Positions 37,935 to 48,324 are shown, counted from the first letter of the stretch. The stretch: DNA of 64,000 nt from an uncultured Bacillales bacterium (GCA_947164155.1 CAMUVS010000005.1:639-64638); one strand, 5' to 3'. A program made the numbers and translations. The notes: a model not told the origin generated them from the letters alone.

Positions 37935-37980
37935 CAAAGTTAAAATAGAAATCTTATTGATTTGAAGGGAGAACAAAACA

Positions 37981-39282
37981 ATGGGAAGACCAAAAAAAGT
38001 GGCTGAAGAGCCAAAGAAAGCAACTGCTAAAAAAGAAGCTAAACCTGCAAAGACTAAGGCCGGTGCTGCTAGTGGTTCTAAGAAAAGAAACACCAAAACT
38101 TTAACCACATTAGCGGAAATTGAAAGCAAGCTTCTAAAAAAAGCAAAAAACAATGGGGATTGTATTGATCAAGATGAAATCTATGATGCATTAGCGCAAT
38201 ATGAACTTGACGATGATGTTATCGAGGATTTAATTAAATACTTCGCTGATCATGACATTGAAGTTTTATCTTCCGATGAAGATGAAGATGAAGATCTTGA
38301 TGCTGAAGACGATGAAGAATTTGATGAAAGTAAAATGTCTTTAGAAGACGATGAAGACGATTATTATGACAGCGATGAGACTGACGAAAGTGAAGAAATA
38401 GATTTTGATATTGATCATTTCGACACATCAGTTGGCAGCGATGTTAAAGTAAATGATTCAGTTAAGATTTATCTTAAAGAGATTGGTAAATTCGATCTTT
38501 TAAAACCTGAAGAAGAACCAATTCTTGCCGCTAAAATCTTAGAAGGTGATGAAGAAGCCAAACAAAGATTAATTAACGCTAACTTGAGATTGGTTGTTAA
38601 TATTGCTAAACATTATGTTGGACGTGGTATGTTGTTCTTGGATTTAATCCAAGAAGGTAACCTTGGTTTAATGAAAGCTGTTGATAAATTTGACTATACT
38701 AAAGGTTTTAAATTTTCAACTTATGCGACATGGTGGATTAAACAAGCTATTGCTAGAGCAATTGCTGATCAGGCACGTACCATTCGAATTCCTGTTCATA
38801 TGGTTGAAACAATCAATAAAATGACCAAAGTCCAGAGACAATTAGTCCAAGATTTAGATAGAGATCCGACTGCTGAAGAAATTTCTGAAGCGATGGGTGG
38901 AGAACTTACTCCAAAAAGAATTAGAGAGATTCAAAGAATTGCCCTTGAACCAGTTTCATTTGAAACCCCAATCGGTGAAGAGGATGATTCTCATTTAATT
39001 GATTTTATCGAAGATAAAGATAATGAATCACCTGTTGAATATACAACAAAAAGACTTCTTAAAGAAGAACTTGACTCTATTCTTACAGAATTAACAGATA
39101 GAGAAGAAAGAGTTTTAAGACTTAGATATGGTCTAGATGACAATCGTCCTAGAACTCTAGAAGAAGTTGGAAAAGAATTTGGTGTTACTCGTGAACGTAT
39201 TCGTCAAATCGAAGCTAAAGCTATTAAGAAATTAAAGCATCCAACAAGACGTAAAAAATTAGGAGACTATCGTAGTTCATAA
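37981..39282 (+). CDS. sigA: RNA polymerase primary sigma factor
   Basis: Acidic region 1, region 2 ([28 protein letters not shown]) and region 4.2 ([20 protein letters not shown]). Confidence 0.97.
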   Translation: MGRPKKVAEEPKKATAKKEAKPAKTKAGAASGSKKRNTKTLTTLAEIESKLLKKAKNNGDCIDQDEIYDALAQYELDDDVIEDLIKYFADHDIEVLSSDEDEDEDLDAEDDEEFDESKMSLEDDEDDYYDSDETDESEEIDFDIDHFDTSVGSDVKVNDSVKIYLKEIGKFDLLKPEEEPILAAKILEGDEEAKQRLINANLRLVVNIAKHYVGRGMLFLDLIQEGNLGLMKAVDKFDYTKGFKFSTYATWWIKQAIARAIADQARTIRIPVHMVETINKMTKVQRQLVQDLDRDPTAEEISEAMGGELTPKRIREIQRIALEPVSFETPIGEEDDSHLIDFIEDKDNESPVEYTTKRLLKEELDSILTELTDREERVLRLRYGLDDNRPRTLEEVGKEFGVTRERIRQIEAKAIKKLKHPTRRKKLGDYRSS

Positions 39283-39941
39283 TGAAATTATCAAAGAGAT
39301 TACAAGCCATTTATGATATGGTTCCTAACGGTGTCGTTGCTGACATCGGTAGTGACCACGGGAAATTAATAATTTCCTTATTTCAAAATGGCATTATCTC
39401 TAAAGGATACGCTATAGAAAATAAAAAGGGTCCATATTCCAGATTAGTGAAAGCAATTGAAGATAGTGGATGTTCTGATTCTATTGTTCCAATGTTTTCC
39501 GACGGAATAAGCGAATTACCAAGTGATATTGACACAATTGTTATCGCAGGAATGGGAGGTTTCAATATAATTGAAATTTTAAAAGCTCATCCATTAAAAC
39601 TTAAAAATGTTAGAACAATTATTGTTGATGCTCACAATTCCATTCCAGAGATGAGAAAACAAATTTGCTATATGGGTTACATCATTGCTGATGAAGATAT
39701 AGTCAATGATGGTGGAAAATATTACGAAATCATCAAATTTATTGCTGGAGAGTGTGCTTATCTAGATAATAATGATTTTGAATTTGGACCAGTTCTAAGA
39801 AAAGAGAAATCATTAACTTTTAAAGAAAAATATCAATCTAGAATTGCCGAAATTGATAATTTATTATCAACAAAGAAACTATCTGGCGATAGAATTCTAG
39901 ATCTTGATAAAGAAAAAGAAAGAATCAGAAGAGTGCTATGA
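39282..39941 (+). CDS. trmK: tRNA (adenine22-N1)-methyltransferase
   Basis: SAM loop VADIGSDHG. Position after sigA as in Bacillus yqfN. TAATG overlap with sigA. Confidence 0.85.
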   Translation: MKLSKRLQAIYDMVPNGVVADIGSDHGKLIISLFQNGIISKGYAIENKKGPYSRLVKAIEDSGCSDSIVPMFSDGISELPSDIDTIVIAGMGGFNIIEILKAHPLKLKNVRTIIVDAHNSIPEMRKQICYMGYIIADEDIVNDGGKYYEIIKFIAGECAYLDNNDFEFGPVLRKEKSLTFKEKYQSRIAEIDNLLSTKKLSGDRILDLDKEKERIRRVL

Positions 39942-40708
39942 AAACTAAAGATCTTTTAAGAAAACTATCTAAGAAGTTCCCAAAGCGTTACGCCAAAATG
40001 AATCATGACTATGTTGGCCTTGCCGTTGGTAAGCTCCCAGAGGAAGTTCACAAAGTTTTTTTATGCTTAGATTGTGATTGGGAAATATTCCCAATTATTG
40101 AAAAAGAAAGACCAGATTTGGTTATTACACATCATCCTTTTATTTATGGTACTAAAACTCGAGTATTCAAAAGAGATCCTAGCAAAAAGGTTTTGTTCGA
40201 CACATTAGCAAAGCTAAATATTCCTGTCTATAGCTATCATACGAACTTTGATACTGGATTAGGTGGAATGAATGATGCCTTGGCTAATGCTTTAGATTTG
40301 CAAGACATTAAAATAATTGAAAATTGCATTATGATGCGAGGTGGTAGACTTAAAAAGTCTATGCCTGTTGAAGAATTCGCTAAATATGCTAAAAATGCGT
40401 TAGGCGTTGATTATGGTTTATTGATAGCTTGTGGAAAGCCTGTTGTGGAATCTGTAGCTGTAATCGGCGGTGGCGGCTCTGGGCACTGGGTCGAAGCTAA
40501 AGAAGCTGGATATGATATTTATATTTCAGGCGACGCACCTCATCATGTAAGAAGAGAAATTGTTAACGCTAAATATAATTATTTAGATGTTCCACATGAA
40601 GTCGAAAAAATCTTTATTCCAACTATGAAAAAAATCCTCGAGGGATATGATAATTCATTAGAAATTGTGACTATTGATCACGAAAAAATGCCAAAAGTTA
40701 TTTGTTAA
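39938..40708 (+). CDS. Nif3-like dinuclear metal centre protein (YqfO family)
   Basis: ITHHPFIYG and SYHTNFD motifs. Position after trmK. Confidence 0.88.
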   Translation: MKTKDLLRKLSKKFPKRYAKMNHDYVGLAVGKLPEEVHKVFLCLDCDWEIFPIIEKERPDLVITHHPFIYGTKTRVFKRDPSKKVLFDTLAKLNIPVYSYHTNFDTGLGGMNDALANALDLQDIKIIENCIMMRGGRLKKSMPVEEFAKYAKNALGVDYGLLIACGKPVVESVAVIGGGGSGHWVEAKEAGYDIYISGDAPHHVRREIVNAKYNYLDVPHEVEKIFIPTMKKILEGYDNSLEIVTIDHEKMPKVIC

Positions 40709-41564
40709 TCAAATAACTATATATTTCATCCACAACATATTGTGGAGTTGAAGCCCCTGATATAACAGCGGCTTTTTTCTTACTTTCAACCTGACTAAAT
40801 GATTGTAATTCCTTTAGATCATTTACCATTAAAACTAAGGCAGATGGATAATTTGATTTTGCGATTTCAAATAACTTATTTGAATTACTGGACTTTTGGT
40901 GACCAACTACGATAATCAAATCAGTATCTTTATCAATTTTAGTAACAGCCTCTTGTCTTAATCTGGTGGCAGCGCAAATTTCATTTTCGATTCTAGCGCC
41001 AGGAATATGTTCTAAAATATCGGAATAATACTTGTCCAGGCTCTTATAATTAAGGGTTGTTTGATTGATTACATACGGATTTGTATCAGTAATTAAATAG
41101 TAGTTAATTAGTAATTGTGTATCATATAATGATACATTTTTTGAAACTGATAATGCAGCATTTGTTTCTTTATGCCCTTTTTGTCCTATGTATATAACTT
41201 GATGACCTGATTCTATTTCTCTTTTTATTTTTTCTAAGTTGCTTTTAACTTTAAAACACGTCGCATCATAAATAATTAAACCTTTTTGTTTTGCTTTTTC
41301 TTCTATAGCATCGTTATGACCATGCGCAGTAAAGATTAAGACATCTCCTTGATTCAATGAATCAATTGCAGAAAATTCATCTTTGTCATCTAATGTAATT
41401 AATCCTTCTTTTGCTAGGTCATCAGTCAATGTTTTGTTATGAGCAAGCATTCCTAAAATATATATATTCTTATTAGGATGTTCTAATCTTGCTTTTTTTG
41501 CTATTGCAACTGCTTTTAATACACCAGAACAAAATCCTTGAGGTTTTACTAGAGTAACTTTCAT
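40698..41564 (-). CDS. ispH: 4-hydroxy-3-methylbut-2-enyl diphosphate reductase
   Basis: N-terminus KPQGFCSGV and the LytB layout of conserved Cys residues. 288 aa. Confidence 0.93.
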   Translation of the reverse strand: MKVTLVKPQGFCSGVLKAVAIAKKARLEHPNKNIYILGMLAHNKTLTDDLAKEGLITLDDKDEFSAIDSLNQGDVLIFTAHGHNDAIEEKAKQKGLIIYDATCFKVKSNLEKIKREIESGHQVIYIGQKGHKETNAALSVSKNVSLYDTQLLINYYLITDTNPYVINQTTLNYKSLDKYYSDILEHIPGARIENEICAATRLRQEAVTKIDKDTDLIIVVGHQKSSNSNKLFEIAKSNYPSALVLMVNDLKELQSFSQVESKKKAAVISGASTPQYVVDEIYSYLINK

Positions 41565-41568
41565 AAAA

Positions 41569-41582
41569 ATATGTTAACATAT
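41569..41582. promoter_or_regulatory. Perfect 14-bp palindrome ATATGTTAACATAT in the 36-nt ispH/nfo divergent spacer
   Basis: Read directly. Lies 5 nt from the ispH ATG, and no SD is visible for ispH. Confidence 0.35.
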
Positions 41583-41600
41583 TCCAGAGGATAGCAAAAT

Positions 41601-42482
41601 ATGGAAAAAACCGAATTATATATAGGAAGCCATGTGAGCATGAATGCTCCTGATTTTTTTGTAGGAAGTGTTAAAGAGGCAATATCTTATGGCTCAAACA
41701 CATTTATGTTTTATACTGGTGCTCCACAAAACTCTTTCCGCAAGCCTTTAAATGAATTAAAGATTGAAGAAGGAAGAAAGCTTCTAAAAGAAGCTGGTTT
41801 TGATGAAACAAAATTAATTGTCCACGCTCCATATATTATTAATGCCGCAAATTATACAAAACCAGATTTATGGGAAATGTCTATTAATACAATTGTTAGT
41901 GAACTTCGAAGAACTGCAGCCTTTGGAGTTAAAACGTTAGTTTTACATCCTGGAAGTCATGTTGGGATGGGTGCTGAAAATGGTATTTTGGCTTTAGCCA
42001 AAGCCTTGGACTTGGCATTTACCACTGATGGCACAGATGTAAAAATTGCATTAGAGACAATGGCGGGAAAAGGACATGAAATCGGAATCACTTTTGAGGA
42101 GATTCGTTCTATTATAGATCACTGTAACCACAAGGAACGTTTAGGCGTTTGCTTAGATACATGTCACATTAATGATGCTGGATATAATGTTGAAAATTTT
42201 GACGAAATTCTTAAAGAATTTGATAAAGTTATAGGATTAGACAGATTACTAGTCGTTCATGTTAATGATACAAAGAATCCGATTGGCGCCCATAAAGATC
42301 GCCATGAAAATATTGGTTATGGCTATTTAGGATTTGATACCTTATATAAAGTTGTGCATCATCCTCTTTTAAAAGGCATACCGATGATTCTTGAAACTCC
42401 TTATTACAATGAAAAAGCTCCTTATAAGCAAGAAATCGAAATGCTTAGGAGCGGTAAATTCATTAAAGGGTGGAGAGATTAG
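41601..42482 (+). CDS. nfo: Endonuclease IV
   Basis: IGSHVS, HAPYIIN, LHPGSH, ETMAGKG and CLDTCH metal-ligand motifs. Confidence 0.95.
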   Translation: MEKTELYIGSHVSMNAPDFFVGSVKEAISYGSNTFMFYTGAPQNSFRKPLNELKIEEGRKLLKEAGFDETKLIVHAPYIINAANYTKPDLWEMSINTIVSELRRTAAFGVKTLVLHPGSHVGMGAENGILALAKALDLAFTTDGTDVKIALETMAGKGHEIGITFEEIRSIIDHCNHKERLGVCLDTCHINDAGYNVENFDEILKEFDKVIGLDRLLVVHVNDTKNPIGAHKDRHENIGYGYLGFDTLYKVVHHPLLKGIPMILETPYYNEKAPYKQEIEMLRSGKFIKGWRD

Positions 42483-43552
42483 AATTTATTTATTTCTTCG
42501 ATTAAAGCTTCCAGAGCTTCAGCTTCTGGAACTTTTTTTACAACTTTATCTTTTTTAAAGATAACATATTCGTGATGTCCACCAGCAATCCCAATATCAG
42601 CGTTTTTGGCTTCTCCTGGCCCATTTACAACACAACCCATAACAGCGACATGGATTGGCTTATTAACAGTCTCTAAATATTCCATAACTTTTCTAGCTAA
42701 TTCTTCTACATTAACTTGAGTTCTACCACAAGTTGGACAAGCAACTAGAGTTGGATAGTTTGGATATAGCCCACAGTCATGTAGTAACTGTTTACATACT
42801 TTTATTTCATCTTTAGGATCACCGGAAATAGAAATACGGATTGTATCTCCAATTCCTTCTAAAAGTAATGGAGATAGCCCTGCAGAACTTCTAACCATTG
42901 ATATTTCTTTATATCCAGCTTCTGTAATTCCTAAATGAAGTGGGTATGGAAATGTTTTAGAAGCCAATCGATAGGCTGCAATTGTTTCTAAAATGTTAGA
43001 TCCTTTCAAGGATATGACTATGTCATAAAATCCTAGATTTTCCAATATTTCAACATGCTTTTTAGCAGATGCTACTAACTTTTCTGCAGTATATTGATTT
43101 GAATAATCATGAATTGTTTTATCTAATGAACCCGAATTAACGCCAATACGAATTGGAATATGCTTTTCTTTGGCCATGGCGACAACTTTTTTGACATTTT
43201 CAATATCGCCTATATTTCCTGGGTTAATTCTAATCTTATCGACCCCATTTTCCATAGCGAGTAAAGCTAAACGATAATCAAAATGAATATCCGCTACTAA
43301 AGGAACAGAAATTCTTTTCTTAATTTCTTTTATAGCAGCGGCATCTTTTTCATCCATAACTGAAACGCGCATCAATTCAGCTCCAATTTTAGCGCATTCA
43401 TTTATTTGCTCGCTTACAGCGAGATAATTTTCAGTCTTGATGTTACACATTGATTGAATAACAACTCTGTTTTGTCCACCAATTGCTAAATCTTTGACTT
43501 TTACTTGTCTAGTTAATTCTCTTTTTGTCATCTTTTGTATTTTAGCACTCAC
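42479..43552 (-). CDS. ispG: 4-hydroxy-3-methylbut-2-enyl diphosphate synthase
   Basis: TIM-barrel portion VQSMCN plus the C-terminal Fe-S cysteines (ACPTCGRT, GCVVNGPGE). The start (GTG 43552 or ATG 43531) is uncertain. Confidence 0.92.
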   Translation of the reverse strand: MSAKIQKMTKRELTRQVKVKDLAIGGQNRVVIQSMCNIKTENYLAVSEQINECAKIGAELMRVSVMDEKDAAAIKEIKKRISVPLVADIHFDYRLALLAMENGVDKIRINPGNIGDIENVKKVVAMAKEKHIPIRIGVNSGSLDKTIHDYSNQYTAEKLVASAKKHVEILENLGFYDIVISLKGSNILETIAAYRLASKTFPYPLHLGITEAGYKEISMVRSSAGLSPLLLEGIGDTIRISISGDPKDEIKVCKQLLHDCGLYPNYPTLVACPTCGRTQVNVEELARKVMEYLETVNKPIHVAVMGCVVNGPGEAKNADIGIAGGHHEYVIFKKDKVVKKVPEAEALEALIEEINKF

Positions 43553-43626
43553 TATAATAAAAATGTACTTTTATTATTTTAAGTGATGTGATAACATAAC
43601 ATACGCAATTCAAGGAGACAATATCT

Positions 43627-43794
43627 ATGGCCAAAAAAGAAGATAGAATTTCTATAACATTAAAGTGCACAGAATGTGGTGAAGAAAATTACCTTACTTC
43701 AAAAAACAAAAAAGCAAATCCTGATAGATTAGAAAAATTGAAGTATTGCCCACGTTGCCAAAAGAAAACACTTCACAAAGAGAAAAAGAAATAG
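43627..43794 (+). CDS. rpmG: 50S ribosomal protein L33 (55 aa, absent from the ORF track)
   Basis: Hand translation: [63 protein letters not shown] at 43612-43617. Confidence 0.93.
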   Translation: MAKKEDRISITLKCTECGEENYLTSKNKKANPDRLEKLKYCPRCQKKTLHKEKKK

Positions 43795-43825
43795 GGTAAC
43801 ACCTATTTTTATTTTATAAAAATAT

Positions 43826-44458
43826 ATGGAAATCTATAAGTTTGATTATAATCCTATCGATGATTTAGTCAGCAACACATATATTCTTGCTGATAGTGAT
43901 TTAAACTGTATCATCATCGATCCGGGAAAAGGAAATGATAAACTTATAGATTTTATTAATAGACATAACTTAAAACCGTTAGCGATTCTTTTAACTCATG
44001 GGCATATAGACCATATTCGCGGAGTTGATCGTTTGGCAAAAGCCTTTAAAATAAAAACATATATTCATTATTTAGATCAAAAAATGATTACGGATAGCGA
44101 GTTAAATTTATCTATCCAATTAGGAGAACCTTTAAAAGTTGAATCAGACATCATCACAGTTTCAGATAATGAAGAGCTAAATCTTTTCAAAGAAAAGATA
44201 ATTGTGATTCACACGCCTTTTCACACCAAAGGTAGTGTCTGCTATTATCTTCCAGAAGAAAAAGCTTTATTTACTGGAGATACTTTATTTAAACAATCGA
44301 TTGGTAGAGATGATTTACCAAACAACGATAAACATCAAAGAGCGGAATCACTCAACAAAATAAAGAAACTACCTAGCGATATAACTATTTATCCTGGGCA
44401 TGGTCCTAACACAATTTTAGAAAGTGAACTATTAAATAATCACTTTTTAATATATTAA
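43826..44458 (+). CDS. Metallo-beta-lactamase fold hydrolase (glyoxalase II-like)
   Basis: LTHGHIDH motif. 210 aa. Confidence 0.85.
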   Translation: MEIYKFDYNPIDDLVSNTYILADSDLNCIIIDPGKGNDKLIDFINRHNLKPLAILLTHGHIDHIRGVDRLAKAFKIKTYIHYLDQKMITDSELNLSIQLGEPLKVESDIITVSDNEELNLFKEKIIVIHTPFHTKGSVCYYLPEEKALFTGDTLFKQSIGRDDLPNNDKHQRAESLNKIKKLPSDITIYPGHGPNTILESELLNNHFLIY

Positions 44459-44506
44459 TAGTTTGGTATAATACCAAAGGAATTTAAAGAAAGAAGGTTT
44501 ATATTT

Positions 44507-45064
44507 ATGGTTAATGTTACTGAATTAAGACCTGGCAACTATTTCATTGAAGAAGGCAATATCTATCAAGTTTTAGATATTTTACTTAACAAAACCGCAA
44601 TGAGAAAAATGGTTGCGAAAGTCAAAGTGAAAAACCTCCGTTCAGGCGCTGTTACTGAAATGGCACGTAATAGTGGATACGGAATTGAAACTATCAGATT
44701 AGAAAAAAGACAAATGCAGTATCTTTATGATACTGGAGATGCCCTTTGCTTCATGGATCAAGAAACATATGAACAAATTGAAATTTCTAAAGATAGACTT
44801 AAATGGGAAGTTCAATTCTTGAAAGGCGAAGAAATCGTCGAAATTACTTCTTATGAAGGCGAAGTGCTTGGTATCAACTTACCAGCAAAAGTTGCTTTAA
44901 AGATTACACACTGCGAACCAGCCATTAGAGGTGATACAGTTAACAAAGCAATGAAAGACGCTGAATTAGAAACCGGACTAAAAGTCCGTGTTCCATTATT
45001 TATTGAAGAAGGCGAAGTCGTTTTAGTTAGAACCGATAATGGAAACTACGACGGAAGAGCGTAA
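44507..45064 (+). CDS. efp: Translation elongation factor P
   Basis: ELRPGNYF N-terminus and the three-domain EF-P layout (CEPAIRGDT). Confidence 0.96.
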   Translation: MVNVTELRPGNYFIEEGNIYQVLDILLNKTAMRKMVAKVKVKNLRSGAVTEMARNSGYGIETIRLEKRQMQYLYDTGDALCFMDQETYEQIEISKDRLKWEVQFLKGEEIVEITSYEGEVLGINLPAKVALKITHCEPAIRGDTVNKAMKDAELETGLKVRVPLFIEEGEVVLVRTDNGNYDGRA

Positions 45065-45079
45065 TTAAGGAGAACACTT

Positions 45080-45298
45080 ATGTCAACAGGTGGATGGATT
45101 GGATTATTAGTTGCTGCAGTTGTCGCTGCTCTTATTGCTGGATTCTTCCTTGCTAGATGGTTCTTTAAAAGACAACTTGAAAAGAACCCTCCAATCAATG
45201 AAGGAATGATCAGAGCCTTATATCAAAGCGTTGGAAGAAAGCCAAGTGAAGCTGATATTCAACGTACAATGGCTGCTGTTAGAAGACAACAAAAATAA
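45080..45298 (+). CDS. UPF0154 (YneF-like) small membrane protein
   Basis: One TM helix followed by KNPPINEGMIRALYQSVGRKPSE, the conserved UPF0154 core. Confidence 0.85.
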   Translation: MSTGGWIGLLVAAVVAALIAGFFLARWFFKRQLEKNPPINEGMIRALYQSVGRKPSEADIQRTMAAVRRQQK

Positions 45299-45323
45299 TT
45301 TAACTTATAGGTTAATAATAAAG

Positions 45324-45353
45324 ACGTCGTAAAGCCAAATTACGGCGTTTTTT
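45324..45353 (+). terminator. Intrinsic terminator after the UPF0154 gene
   Basis: ACGTCGTAA-agccaaa-TTACGGCGT (9 bp including one G-U pair) followed by T6. Confidence 0.8.
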
Positions 45354-45441
45354 ATTGCGCCTTGATTCAGATGGTGTGAAAAATAACCACCTTTATCTAT
45401 AAGGCTATTAAAGTCAATTAAAACGTATTGATGCAATCTAG

Positions 45442-45470
45442 AAAAAATCCACATCTGCGTTTGATGTGGA
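45442..45470 (-). terminator. Intrinsic terminator of plsY
   Basis: TCCACATC-tgcgttt-GATGTGGA is a perfect 8-bp stem. The A6 run at 45442-45447 gives the T-run on the minus strand. Confidence 0.8.
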
Positions 45471-45488
45471 GAAACTTAATTCACAATA

Positions 45489-45519
45489 TACTAAATATAC
45501 TAATTATCTACTAATTATC
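45489..45519 (-). repeat. 3'-flank tandem motif (sense strand AATTAGTA x2 plus ATTTAGTA), 14 nt after the plsY stop
   Basis: On the + strand: TACTAAAT at 45489, then TACTAATT at 45498 and 45509 (11-nt unit TACTAATTATC repeated twice). Confidence 0.6.
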
Positions 45520-45529
45520 TACTTATGGA

Positions 45530-46297
45530 TTATTTCATCCAAGTAATTTTTCTTTCTGTGCCCTCTTTAATTCGTTTAATATTAGCGCGATGTCTAAAGG
45601 TTAAAATTGAAGCAGCAAATGTAACAACAATTGAGTGGACATAGCCAAATTCCATCATTGTGTAATATCCTGGAATCCAGCTATAGGCAAATGGTATTAC
45701 GCCTGTTAACATTAAGATTGTCCATATCCAAGTTAACGCTGTTGCAATCCAACTAATTGAGATACTTGCAAGAGATACCATTTTCTTCCATTTAAGGATG
45801 ACCAAGAATAAACAAGCTGGAATTACGCCAAATAACCAAGATGAAACAAATCCAAATCCGATAAAGGAGGAAACATTTTTGCCTCCTTTAAATCCGGCAA
45901 AGATTGGCCAGCAGTGTCCGAAAGTGCAACCAACCATAACTATGTAATAAGCAGGCCATTGAACTAAATATGCTGATGTATCCGGATTATTTATTTTTGC
46001 AGAGACACTTGGAATTAATGGTAAACCGTTATACATTGGGACATTTGTTAAAATTGCCCATGAGATGATAAAAGGAGCAATGACTTTTAAACAATCTAAA
46101 ACAATACAAAGAACACCGATTTTCTTTCCAAATATTCTACCGACGTTTGTGCCGCCTGAATTTCCTGAGCCAAAATCACGTGGATCTTTATGGAAAAATA
46201 GTTTACCAATCCATATTCCGTTTGGTATAGAACCAAACACATAGCCGATAATTATTAATAAAATTGCTACCAATATATTATATAAAATAATATCCAT
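45530..46297 (-). CDS. plsY: Glycerol-3-phosphate acyltransferase PlsY
   Basis: FGSGNSGGTN motif in a polytopic membrane protein. Adjacent to parE-parC as in Bacillus and streptococci. Confidence 0.9.
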   Translation of the reverse strand: MDIILYNILVAILLIIIGYVFGSIPNGIWIGKLFFHKDPRDFGSGNSGGTNVGRIFGKKIGVLCIVLDCLKVIAPFIISWAILTNVPMYNGLPLIPSVSAKINNPDTSAYLVQWPAYYIVMVGCTFGHCWPIFAGFKGGKNVSSFIGFGFVSSWLFGVIPACLFLVILKWKKMVSLASISISWIATALTWIWTILMLTGVIPFAYSWIPGYYTMMEFGYVHSIVVTFAASILTFRHRANIKRIKEGTERKITWMK

Positions 46298-46347
46298 TTT
46301 TTGCCCTCGTTCTATTTTACTAAATAACTTTAATTTTGCAACAATTT

Positions 46348-46364
46348 CCGTTTATAATAAACGG
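46348..46364. promoter_or_regulatory. Palindrome CCGTTTA-TAA-TAAACGG centred on a TATAAT, upstream of parE
   Basis: Read directly. TATAAT is at 46353-46358. The -35 is unclear. Confidence 0.35.
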
Positions 46365-46382
46365 CGAAAAGAGAGATATAGC

Positions 46383-48323
46383 ATGGCAGAGAGAAATTAT
46401 ACCGCTAATGATATTCAGATTTTACAAGGCCTAGAAGGTGTTAGAAAAAGACCAGCAATGTATATTGGTAGCTCTAACGCTAGTGGTCTTCATCACCTTG
46501 TTTGGGAAGTAGTTGATAACGCTGTTGATGAAGCGTTAAGTGGATATGGAAAAAACATAACCGTTACTTTACACAAGGATGGAAGTTGTTCCGTTTTAGA
46601 TGAAGGACGTGGTATTCCAACTGGTATCAATAGAGAAACCGGAAGACCAGGTGTAGAAATTGTTTTTACAGAATTACACGCTGGAGGAAAATTTAATTCA
46701 GCTGTTTACAAAAGCGCTGGTGGACTTCATGGCGTTGGTGCATCTGTTACGAATGCATTAAGTGAATGGTGTGATGTCACCGTTTATCAAAACGGTGAAA
46801 TACATCATTTGCGTTTTGAAAAAGGTGGACATTTAGTGACTCCTTTAGAAGTTACTGGCAAAACTAATAAACACGGAACACTTGTAAGATTTAAGCCAGA
46901 TCCGCTTATTTTCTCTACTGTTGATTTTAAATATGACACAATTTCAAGCCATTTAAGAGAGTCAGCCTTCTTAATGAAAGGTGTGCGTTTCATCATTATT
47001 GATGAAAGAATTAATGAAAAGCAAGAATTCTTCTATCAAAATGGCTTGGTAGAATACATTAATGTTCTCAACGAAGATAAAAAAGAAATTATCCCAGTTG
47101 TGGAATTTAACGAGGTTGATCCAACTACACAAATTGAAACCGAAATTGCTCTTCAATATTGCTACGAAGACTATAATGAAACCATCTATTCCTACGTTAA
47201 TAATGTCAAAACTGGAGATGGTGGAACCCACGAATCAGGCTTTAGAACTGGTATTACTCGTGCAGTTAATGACTTTGCCGAAGCGCAAGGATTACTTAAA
47301 GGCAAAAAACTTGAAGGTAGCGATATTAGAGAAGGCTTAACCGCAATTATTTCTTTAAAAATTCCAGAAGAATTACTTGAATTTGAAGGACAAACAAAAG
47401 GTAAATTAGGCACTCCGGTTGCAGCTCCAGTTGTCTCAAGTTTAATTTATAATAAGTTTACTTATTATCTTACTGAAAATAAAGAAAATGCAATGCGCAT
47501 TATTAAAAAATGTGTAGATAGTCAGCAAGCGAGAATTGCAGCTAGAAAAGCAAAAGATGAAGCTCGTAGTAGTAAAAAAGCCAAACAAGAAGTCATTCTC
47601 TCTGATAAATTGACTCCTGCTCAATCTAAAGACTACATGAAAAACGAACTCTTTATCGTTGAAGGTGATTCCGCTGGTGGAACTGCTAAGAAAGGTAGAG
47701 ATCGTTTACATCAGGCAATATTACCACTTCGTGGTAAACCTTTAAACACCGATTCTATTGCTTTAGATAAATTGGTACACAATGAAGAAATTGCAACTAT
47801 TATCAACACAATCGGTGCCGGATTTGGTCAAACTTTTGATGTTAATGACATTAGATACGGAAAAATTATCATTATGACTGATGCTGATACCGATGGTGCA
47901 CATATTCAAACGTTATTATTAACGTTCTTCTATCATTATATGAGAACTCTTATAACTACAGGACACGTCTATATCGCTGTTCCACCTTTATATAGAGTTG
48001 CCCGAGAAGAAAATAAAAAACTTATCCAAGAATATGCTTGGGATGATGCAGGTCTTGAAGCCGCCAAAAAGAAAGTTGGTGGTGGCTCTCAAGCAAAGAT
48101 TACAAGATATAAAGGTCTTGGTGAAATGGACGCAATTCAACTAAAAGAAACCACAATGGATCCAAAAACTAGACTCTTGATTCAAGTTGATATTAACGAC
48201 CCATTCTTAGTGGAAAAACGTGTAAACGTTTTGATGGGAAAAGATGCTTCTCTTAGAAGAAAATGGGTTGAAGAAAACGTTGATTTTACCAATGTTGATA
48301 CATTCTTAAAGGAGGCGAAGTAA
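46383..48323 (+). CDS. parE: DNA topoisomerase IV subunit B
   Basis: GHKL ATPase and TOPRIM motifs (GLHHLVWEVVDNAVDE, EGDSAGG, PLRGK, DADTDGAHI). Called parE rather than gyrB from its plsY neighbourhood and its ParC-type partner. Confidence 0.88.
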   Translation: MAERNYTANDIQILQGLEGVRKRPAMYIGSSNASGLHHLVWEVVDNAVDEALSGYGKNITVTLHKDGSCSVLDEGRGIPTGINRETGRPGVEIVFTELHAGGKFNSAVYKSAGGLHGVGASVTNALSEWCDVTVYQNGEIHHLRFEKGGHLVTPLEVTGKTNKHGTLVRFKPDPLIFSTVDFKYDTISSHLRESAFLMKGVRFIIIDERINEKQEFFYQNGLVEYINVLNEDKKEIIPVVEFNEVDPTTQIETEIALQYCYEDYNETIYSYVNNVKTGDGGTHESGFRTGITRAVNDFAEAQGLLKGKKLEGSDIREGLTAIISLKIPEELLEFEGQTKGKLGTPVAAPVVSSLIYNKFTYYLTENKENAMRIIKKCVDSQQARIAARKAKDEARSSKKAKQEVILSDKLTPAQSKDYMKNELFIVEGDSAGGTAKKGRDRLHQAILPLRGKPLNTDSIALDKLVHNEEIATIINTIGAGFGQTFDVNDIRYGKIIIMTDADTDGAHIQTLLLTFFYHYMRTLITTGHVYIAVPPLYRVAREENKKLIQEYAWDDAGLEAAKKKVGGGSQAKITRYKGLGEMDAIQLKETTMDPKTRLLIQVDINDPFLVEKRVNVLMGKDASLRRKWVEENVDFTNVDTFLKEAK

Positions 48324-48324
48324 T

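Noticed and set aside
38270-38420. A GAT/GAA-rich repetitive stretch inside sigA.
   Set aside because: It encodes the acidic spacer of region 1 ([15 protein letters not shown]...) and is in frame. This is low-complexity coding sequence, not a repeat element.
45489-45519. Resemblance of the ACTAAT/TACTAAAT repeats to half-sites of Bacillus RTP-type replication terminators (Ter), given that the dif-like site is nearby.
   Set aside because: The motif orientation follows the strand of the upstream gene rather than the replichore. Copies also occur 18-31 kb from the dif-like site. RTP is, as far as I know, restricted to Bacillus relatives, and I recall the Ter consensus only approximately.
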